The notes below the pieces were generated by a model. The model had not been told where the DNA came from. It saw only the letters and a list, made by a program, of their open reading frames with translations, and searched no databases. The position numbers and the translations under genes were made by a program. A stretch of DNA of 14,982 nucleotides from assembly GCA_021325135.1 (NCBI GenBank), contig JAJPHT010000047.1:1-14982 (forward strand). Direction: 5' to 3'. Shown here one piece after another: positions 1 through 7,600 of this stretch; position 1 is the first letter of the stretch; every line of letters begins with the position of its first letter. The stretch comes from Pseudomonadota bacterium (GTDB taxonomy: Archaea; Thermoplasmatota; SW-10-69-26; JACQPN01; JAJPHT01).

Positions 1-11
1 ATAATCCCAAG

Positions 12-932
12 TTATCCCGCCTTCGCGATGGCCTCAACTCCGTTCCGCGGGTTGTACATCTCCATGACGCGCTGCTTGCGCGCCCTCGACACGGCGACAT
101 AGATCTCGGTGGTGCGGATGGTCGAGTGCCCAAGGATCTCTTGTGCGGAGCGGATGTCGGCGCCGTTCTCGATTAGCAGCGTGGCGAGGGAGTGGCGAAG
201 CATGTGCGGCGTGACGCGGGCGGCAATGCCGGCGTCCCGCGCGATGCGGCTGAGGATGAGCCGGATGGTCTGGGCCTGGAGGCGGCGCCCCATACGACCA
301 AGAAAGAGCGATGCGTCTCGGGCCCGGCCTAAGCGCGCGGCAATGTGGCGTCGCAGGGTCTCGATGGTCTCGTCGCAGGAAAGGTAGAGGACGCGCTCGC
401 GGCGGCCTTTGCCTCGGACGTAGAGCGTCCGACGCTCAAGGTCGACGTCGCCCGCGTCGAGCCGAACGGCCTCTTCACAGCGGATGCCCGTGGAGACCAG
501 GATTTCAAGGATGGCAGCGTCGCGGATGCGGAGGGGGTCGCGCGTCCCTGCGTGGGCGGCCCGCAGCAGAGCCTCGATGGTGCCCAAGGGGACGACGCGC
601 GGGAGCCGTTCGTGGGTGGTGCGTTTCCAGCGGAGGCGGGCAGCGGGGCTGCGTTTGCCTCGGGCCCAGGCGTAGAAGAGCTTCAGGGCGACGATGCGGC
701 GCCGGATGGTGGCGTCCTTGAGGCCGCGATCGCGCAGGGCGACGATGTAGGCTTCCAGGTCTCGGGCTCGGAGGCTCCTCAGCGGCTTCTGGGGGAAGGC
801 GCGGGCCAGGTCTTGGAGGTCGGAGGCATAGGCCCGCGCCGTCTTCTCGCTGATGCCGCGCTCGGCCTTGGCGGTCTGGAGGAATCGGCTCACCGCTCGG
901 GGCGTCATGCGCCCCAATGCCGGGGGCGACAT
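12..932 (-). CDS. Tyrosine recombinase/integrase, XerC/XerD/XerA-like (~300 aa)
   Basis: N-terminal SAM-like part (ERGISEKTARAYASDL...ATIRRRIVALKLFY) and the full catalytic set: R (TGIRCEE), K (RGKGRRER), HxxR (TPHMLRHS), H (ILGHS), Y (TTEIY). Start is ATG 932 or ATG 908. The ORF-track extension to 1088 overlaps the rps15 promoter/leader and is unlikely. Confidence 0.93.
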   Translation of the reverse strand: MSPPALGRMTPRAVSRFLQTAKAERGISEKTARAYASDLQDLARAFPQKPLRSLRARDLEAYIVALRDRGLKDATIRRRIVALKLFYAWARGKRSPAARLRWKRTTHERLPRVVPLGTIEALLRAAHAGTRDPLRIRDAAILEILVSTGIRCEEAVRLDAGDVDLERRTLYVRGKGRRERVLYLSCDETIETLRRHIAARLGRARDASLFLGRMGRRLQAQTIRLILSRIARDAGIAARVTPHMLRHSLATLLIENGADIRSAQEILGHSTIRTTEIYVAVSRARKQRVMEMYNPRNGVEAIAKAG

Positions 933-984
933 GATGTGACGCTTGCCGTATGGCCGGCCGCCAGGGGACCCCCGGGGCAGAGCC

Positions 985-991
985 TTTATAT
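985..991 (+). promoter_or_regulatory. Archaeal TATA box (TTTATAT) upstream of rps15
   Basis: Clearest AT-rich TATA-like element in the 933-1081 intergenic region. It implies a TSS near 1015 and a ~65-nt leader. It reads ATATAAA on the minus strand. Confidence 0.7.
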
Positions 992-1025
992 GGGGCCTTC
1001 TCGTGGGGGCCCTTGCGACCGGCGA

Positions 1026-1074
1026 GGTCCCCTCCTTGGTGGAGGCGCGACATCCCCGGATCGGACCCTGAGGA
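1026..1074 (+). promoter_or_regulatory. Structured 5' leader of rps15 (candidate S15 autoregulatory leader) and SD GAGGA (1070-1074)
   Basis: GGTCC 1026-1030 pairs with GGACC 1063-1067, enclosing hairpins CCTCC-ttggt-GGAGG (1031-1045) and ATC-cccg-GAT (1052-1061). SD lies 7 nt before ATG 1082. Confidence 0.45.
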
Positions 1075-1081
1075 ATCGAAC

Positions 1082-1537
1082 ATGGCACGCGTCCACGCCC
1101 GGCGCCGCGGCTCCAGCCGCTCCCGCGCCCCGAACCGCGAGGAGGCTCCCGAGTGGCAGCCCCTTGAGAAGCAGGAGATCGTCGACAAGATCGTCACCAT
1201 GGCCCGCGAGGGCCGCACCGGCGCCTACATCGGCCTGGTGCTCCGCGACCAGCACGGCGTCCCCGACGTCAAGCTGGCCACCGGCATGACGATGCGCGAG
1301 ATCCTGGAGAAGAACGGCGTCGCGCCGCAGATCCCCGAGGACCTCCAGAACCTCATGAAGCGCGCCGTGCACCTGCAGGGCCACCTTGCGACGCACCGCC
1401 GCGACCTGCACAACGCCCGCGGCCTCACCCTCATCGAGGCCCGCATCCGCCGCCTCGCGGACTACTACCGCAAGATCGGCCGCCTGCCCGCGGAGTGGCG
1501 CTACAACGCCGAGACCGCGCAGCTCGTGGTCGAATAG
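1082..1537 (+). CDS. rps15: 30S ribosomal protein uS15 (archaeal S15/S13e type), 151 aa
   Basis: MARVHARRRGSSRS...IGLVLRDQHGVPDVK...IPEDLQNLMKRAVHLQGHL...DLHNARGLTLIEARIRRLADYYR...LPAEWRY is the classic archaeal S15/S13e signature, with typical length and an SD before ATG 1082. Confidence 0.98.
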   Translation: MARVHARRRGSSRSRAPNREEAPEWQPLEKQEIVDKIVTMAREGRTGAYIGLVLRDQHGVPDVKLATGMTMREILEKNGVAPQIPEDLQNLMKRAVHLQGHLATHRRDLHNARGLTLIEARIRRLADYYRKIGRLPAEWRYNAETAQLVVE

Positions 1538-1552
1538 ACGGCCAGAGTTCTT

Positions 1553-1593
1553 GGGGGGCGGAAGCGCCGCCCCCCGTTCCGTTTCTTCTTCTC
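1553..1593 (+). terminator. Hairpin plus pyrimidine tract terminator after rps15, lying between convergent genes
   Basis: GGGGGGCGG-aagcg-CCGCCCCCC perfect 9-bp stem (1553-1575) followed by gttccgtttcttcttctc. Confidence 0.7.
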
Positions 1594-1636
1594 ATCACGT
1601 CCCACGATGCGGGCCGGGGCGTCCTCTTGGCAGGCG

Positions 1637-4600
1637 CTACTTCGGCGTCCACCACCCCGTCTCTGGCGGGCACTGCGGCGTCAGCAGGCGGTTGTTGTAC
1701 TGGTCCAGCGTCGAGGCCAGCGCGGTCATCTGGATGCCGGTGGCGCTGCTGGGCGTGACGTGGTAGGGCAGCGCGCCGCCGAAGGTGGCCAGGAGCGCGT
1801 CCGCCGCCGCGAGGGTGGAGGCGATGGGCGGCGGGTCCGTGCCGCGGGCGACGTTGAGCTTGGCCGCGATGAGCTGGTGGGCCAGGTTGACGCTGGCGTC
1901 GCCGGTCACCGAGGTGCCCAGGATCGCGAGCAGCTGCGCCTTGGTGTAGGTCTGGCTGCCCAGCGTGAGGCTGCCCACGGGCCAGGAGTAGGGGTGGTTC
2001 TTCCAGTAGCCCTGGGTGAGGGGGCACGCGCACTTGCACGAGCTGATGCCCGCGGTCGCGCTGGCGTGGTCGTTGCTGGCGTTGGTGTCCACGTCGGCGC
2101 CGACGCCCGCGGTGTTGGTGAGCGCGACGCAGCCGTCGCTCACGTCCGTGACCACCGTCGCGGTGATCGTGCGGTGCTCGCCGGGCTGGAGCGTGCCGAA
2201 GCTGCACGTCAGCGTGAGGGCCGCGAGCGCGCAGTCCCCGCTGTCGCCGCCGAAGGTCCAGTTGTTGTCCATGGGCGGCAGCGCGTCGGTGAGGACGACG
2301 CCCGTCGCGGCGTCGGGGCCGTAGCTGGTCACCACGATGGTGAACGTCAGCGGGTCCCCCGCCTTCACGGTGGGCTCGTTGGCCGTCTTCTGGACGCCCA
2401 CGTCGGCGCACGTCACGTGCACCGTGGCGCTGGAGCGGTCCTGCGAGAGGCCGCCGTTCGCGCTGACGAAGACGGTGTTGGGCACGACGCCGCAGTCCTC
2501 CATGGACGCAGGCGCCGTCAGCGTGATGGAGCGGCTGCCGAAGACCTCGATGGCGCCGAAGCCGCACGCGAGCGTTCCGTTGGCGATGGAGCAGTCCGCC
2601 GCGTCGGCGCCGCCCAGCGTCCACGAGCCCGAGACGTCGGGCAGCGTGTCGTTGAGCGTCGCGTTCTGCGCCGCGTCGGGGCCGCTGTTGGTCACGGTGA
2701 TCCCGAACCCGATGGTGCCGTTGAAGGGCACGGGGTCCTGGAGGGCGACCTTCTCCACCGAGAGGGCGCTCTCCGGGGGCGCGACGGGCGTGCAGTCCAC
2801 GAACTCGGTCGCCCACGCGAAGTCGTTGGCCTTGTTGAGGTCGACGTCCGCGCTGACGAAGACGAGGTTGTTGATGTTGCCGCAGATGCACTCGGGGTCC
2901 ACGATGGTCTGGCCGAAGAGGTCCACGGTGGCGTTCTCGCCCGCGGAGAGCGTGCCGAAGCCGCAGTCCAGCGTGAGCAGCGTCGCGTTGATGGCGCAGT
3001 CCGCCGCGTCGGGTCCGCCAAGGGTCCAGCCGCCGTTCATGGGGGGCAGGAGGTCGTGGATCGTCACGTTCGTCGCGGGGTCGGGCCCGAGGCTCGTCGC
3101 CACGACCTCGAACCGCACGACGCCGCCTGCGGGCACCGAGGGCTCCAGCGCGCGCTTCTCCACGGTGACGTCGGAGCACGTCACGTGGATCGCCGCGTAG
3201 GACGCGTCGTTCTCGGGGTTGAGGTCCACGTCGGCGGCCACGCGCGCCGTGTTGCGGAGGGTGTCGCTGCACTCCTCCAGCGTGGTGTGGCCGGTCAGCG
3301 TGACGGTCCTCGTCGCGCCGCTGGGCAGGTCGCCGAAGCCGCACGAGAGGCTCAGGCCCGCGAGCGAGCAGTCCGCCGAGTCGGGGCCGGAGAGCGTCCA
3401 GCCGCCGGAGACCGCGGGCAGCGCGTCCGCGAGCGTCACGTTGAACGCCGGGCCGGGGCCCAGGCTCGTCACCGTGACGTCGAAGATCGCGTCGCTGCCG
3501 GGCGCCACCCAGGGCGCGCGCGCCGTCTTCTGGACGGTCACGTCGCCGCAGCGCACCGAGAAGGACGCGGTGGAGGCGTCGTTGTCCGGGTTTGTGTCCA
3601 GGCTGCCCGCGACGTGCGCCGTGTTGACGATGCCGTCGCAGTCCTGCGCTCCGGGCGTGCCGGTCAGGGTGATGGTGCGCGTCTGGCCCGCGGGGACGTC
3701 CCCGAAGTCGCAGGTCAGCGTGCCCTCGCTCACGGAGCAGGCCTCCGCGTCGGGGCCGCCCAGGGTCCAGCCGCTGCCGATGGGGGGCAGCTCGTCGGTC
3801 AGCGTCACGTTGGTCGCCGCGTCGGGCCCGTGGCTAGACACGACGATGGTGAAGCCGTCCTCGGAGCCGGCGTCCACCGTCTCGTGGAAGGCCGTCTTCT
3901 CGACGCCCGGGTCGCCGCAGCGCACGGAGACGCTGTCGCCCGAGCGGTCCGCCGACCCGCCGTCGTTGGCGAAGACGAGGGCCACGTTCTCCACGGGGCC
4001 GCACGCCTCGGTGCTCGTGGGGGTTGCCATAACGGTCACGGCGCGCTGGCCGAAGACCTCCACCGTGCCGAAGAGGCAGGTGAGGTTGAGGCCGGTGAGC
4101 GCGCAGTCCGCCGCGTCGGGGCCCGAGAGGCTCCACGCCGCGCCCACGTCGGGCAGCGTGTCGTAGAGCGTCGCGTTCTCCGCCGCATCGGGGCCGCTGT
4201 TGGTGAGCGTCAGGCTGAACCCGAGCGTCTGGCCCAGGTCCACCTGCGCGTCCAGCGCGACCTTCTCCAGGGAGATGGTCGACTCGGGGGGCACGCTGCA
4301 GTCCACCAGCGCCGTGGCGGTGGACTGGTTGTTCTCGGGGAAGCGGTCGTGGTCCGACGCGACGTGCGCCGTGTTGGAGACGTCGCCGCAGTCCTCGCGC
4401 GTCGTGTCCGCGGAGAGCGTGACGCTCCTCGTGGCGCCGTCGGGCATCGTGCCGAAGGCGCACGAGAGCGCGAGGCCCGCCAGCGTGCAGTCGCCCGCGT
4501 CGGGCCCGCCCAGCGTCCACGCGCCCGTGAGGGCGGGCAGCGTGTCCGTGAGCGTGACGTTGGTCGCAGGGTCGGGACCGTGGCTCGTCACCGTGAGGTT

Positions 4601-7600
4601 GAACTGCACGGGCGAGTGGGGCGCGACGATGGCCTGCGTCTCCTTGACGACGCCCACGTCCTCGCAGCGCACGTAGACGCTGGCGTGGGCGTGGTCGTTG
4701 TGGGGGTTCGTGTCGAAGTCGGAGCCCACGGCCACGAGGTTGTTGATGTAGCCGCAGTCGCACTCCGGCGTCTGGAACGTCGTCTGCGCCGAGATGTGGA
4801 TGGTCCGCGTCTCGCCCGAGGCGAGCGTGCCGAACGCGCAGCTGAGCACGTCCGAGGCGATGGCGCAATCCGCCGCGTCGGGCCCGTCCACCGTCCAGCC
4901 GCCGCTGATGGCGGGCAGGAGGTCGGTGAGCGTGACGTTGGTGGAGTCGTCAGGGCCGTTGGCGGTCACGACGACGGTGAAGCCGAGCTTGTCGCCCTTG
5001 TCCACCACGTCCTTGTCAGGCGTCTTGACGACCCCGACGTCCGAGCACGCGACGTGCACGTAGGCGCTGGAGGCGTCGTTCCCGCCGTCGAGGTCGAGGT
5101 CCGCCGCGACGCGGGCCGTGTTCTCCAGCGTGCCGCAGTCGTCGAGGCTCGTCTCCGTGGTCACGAGGATGGTGGCCGTCTCGCCGGAGCCCAGCGCGCC
5201 GAAGGAGCACGTCAGGTGGTCGCCCTCCAGCGTGCAGGCCTCCGCGTCGGGGCCGCTGACCTGCCACGCGCCGCTCGCGCTGGGCAGCCAGTCGTCCAGC
5301 GTGACGTTGGTGGCCGCGTCGGGGCCGTTGCTGGTGACCACGATCTGGAAGCCCGCCGTGCCGCCGGGGAGGACCGTCTCGTGGAGCGCGGTCTTCTCCA
5401 CCTGCACGTCGGCGCAGCGCACGTAGATGCTGGCCATGGAGCCGTCGTTCTCGGGGTTGGTGTCCGAGTCGGCGTGCACGGTCGCGAGGTTCACGATCCA
5501 GCCGCAGTCCTCCGTGGACGACGCGCCGGAGAGCGTGAGGGTCCGCGTCGCGCCCTTGGGCAGGTCGCCGAAGGAGCACGAGAGGACGCCCTCCGAGATG
5601 GAGCAGCTCTCCGCGTCGGGCCCGCCCAGCGTCCAGCCGCCCGCGAGCGGGGGCAGGGTGTCCGTGAGCGTGACGTTCACGGCGTCGTCGGGGCCGTTGC
5701 TGGTCGCGACGAGGGTGAAGCCCATGGCGTCGCCCGCGCTGACGGAGGGCGCGTCCGCGGTCTTCTGCACCTGGACGTCGGCGCAGATCACCTGGACCTG
5801 CGCGCTGTCCTGGCCGTTCGCGCCGTGGAGGTCCACGTCCGCCGTGACGGTGGCCGTGTTGTCCAGCGCGCCGCAGTCCTCGGACGAGCCGGTCTGGCCG
5901 TACACGAAGACGGTGACCGAGCCGCCCGAGGGCAGGGTGCCCAGGTCGCACGTCAGCGCGCCCTCGGAGATGGAGCACCCTTCCGGCGCCCCTTCGCCCA
6001 GGGTCCAGCCGCCGCTCACGGGGGGCAGCGCGTCGGTGAGGACGACGCCGCTGGCGGAGTCGGGGCCGAGGCTCGTGACGGTGATGGCGAAGCCCGCGAC
6101 GCCGCCCAGGTAGATGGCCGGGTGGATCGCGCTCTTCTCGACCTTCACGTCCGAGCACACGACGTGCGTGCTGGCGGCGGCCTCGTCGTTGTCCGGGTTC
6201 GTGTCGACGTCCGCCTTGACGCCGACGAGGTTGTTGACGTTGCCGCAGTCGCAGCAGCGCTCGGCGCCGGTCAGGCCCGTGATGTGGACCGAGCGGGTGT
6301 CGTTGGGCGCGATTGTGCCGAACGCGCAGTCCAGCGCGGAGAGCGCGATGGAGCACGAGCCCGTGCCGTTGTATTCCACGGTCCAGCCGCCGGAGAGGGC
6401 GGGCAGGAGGTCGTGCAGCGTGACGTTCTCCGCCGCGTCGGGGCCGAAGCTGGTCACGACGATGGTGAAGCCGACCGCGTCGCCGTGGTCGACCTCGGCC
6501 GCGTCGGCCGTCTTCTGGACGCCCACGTCGGAGCAGGCCACGTGGAACGACGCCTCGTCCTGGTTGTTCTGGCCGTTGGTGTCGATGGCCGCCGAGACGA
6601 GCGCGGAGTTGGCCACGTCGCCGCAGTCATAGGTCGACGTGAAGTCGGCCAGGAGCGTGATGCTGCGCGTCTCGTTGGGGTCCAGCGAGCCGAAGCTGCA
6701 CGCCACCGTGCCGTTGACGACGTCGCACGCCTCCGCGTCGGGGCCCGCGAGGGTCCAGGCGCCTTCGATGGCGGGGAGCGCGTCCACGAGGCTCACGTCC
6801 TGCGCGGCCTCGGGGCCGAAGCTCGTGACGACGATGCGGAAGCCGCCCTCCGAGCCCAGGTTGACCGACGCGGAGAGGGGCTCCTTGTCGACGCCCACGT
6901 CGGAGCAGGAGACGTGGATGAGCGCGTAGCCTGCGTTGTTCTCCAGGTCGAGCTCCACGTCCGCCGCGACGAAGGCCGTGTTGGGATGGTCGCCGCAGTC
7001 GGTCGCGTCCAGCGCCGTCGCGCCGGTGAGCGTGACGCTGCGCGTGGCGCCCTCGCTGAGGTTGCCGAAGCCGCACGAGAGGCTGAGGCCGTCGAGCGTG
7101 CAGTCCGCCGCGTCGTCGCCGCCAAGCGCCCAGCCGCCGGAGATCGGGGGCAGCGTGTCGGTCAGCGTGACGTTGATCGCGGGGCCGGGGCCGTTGCTGT
7201 GGACCGTGAGCGTGAAGACCGCGTCGTCGCCGGGCGCGATGACGGGCTCGGCCGCGACCTTGTCGACGCTCACGTCGCCGCAGACCACCTGCACCGCGGC
7301 CTCGGAGGAGTCCACGGTCTTGCCGGAGACGGTGACGAACGCGATGTTGTCGACGACGCCGCAGTCGCTCTCCTCGCCCGTGTGGCCCGTGATGGTGATG
7401 GTCCGGCTCTCGAAGGGCCCGAGCGTGCCGAAGTGGCACGAGAGGCCCAGGCCCACGAGGGTGCACGAGCCCGCGTCGGGGCCCGAGAGTGTCCAGCCTC
7501 CGCTGACGGGAGGCAGCACGTCCGAGACGTTGACGAGGCTCGCGGGGTTGGAGCCCGAGTTGGTCACCGTGACGTCGAACGCGACGTCGCTGCCCAGGGG

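Noticed and set aside
12-932. Integron integrase (IntI)
   Set aside because: No IntI-specific insertion between patch II and the HxxR box, and no attC-like cassette array inside the window.
1640-1672. C-terminal PPETG resembling an LPXTG sortase motif
   Set aside because: No following hydrophobic helix or basic tail, and the context is archaeal.
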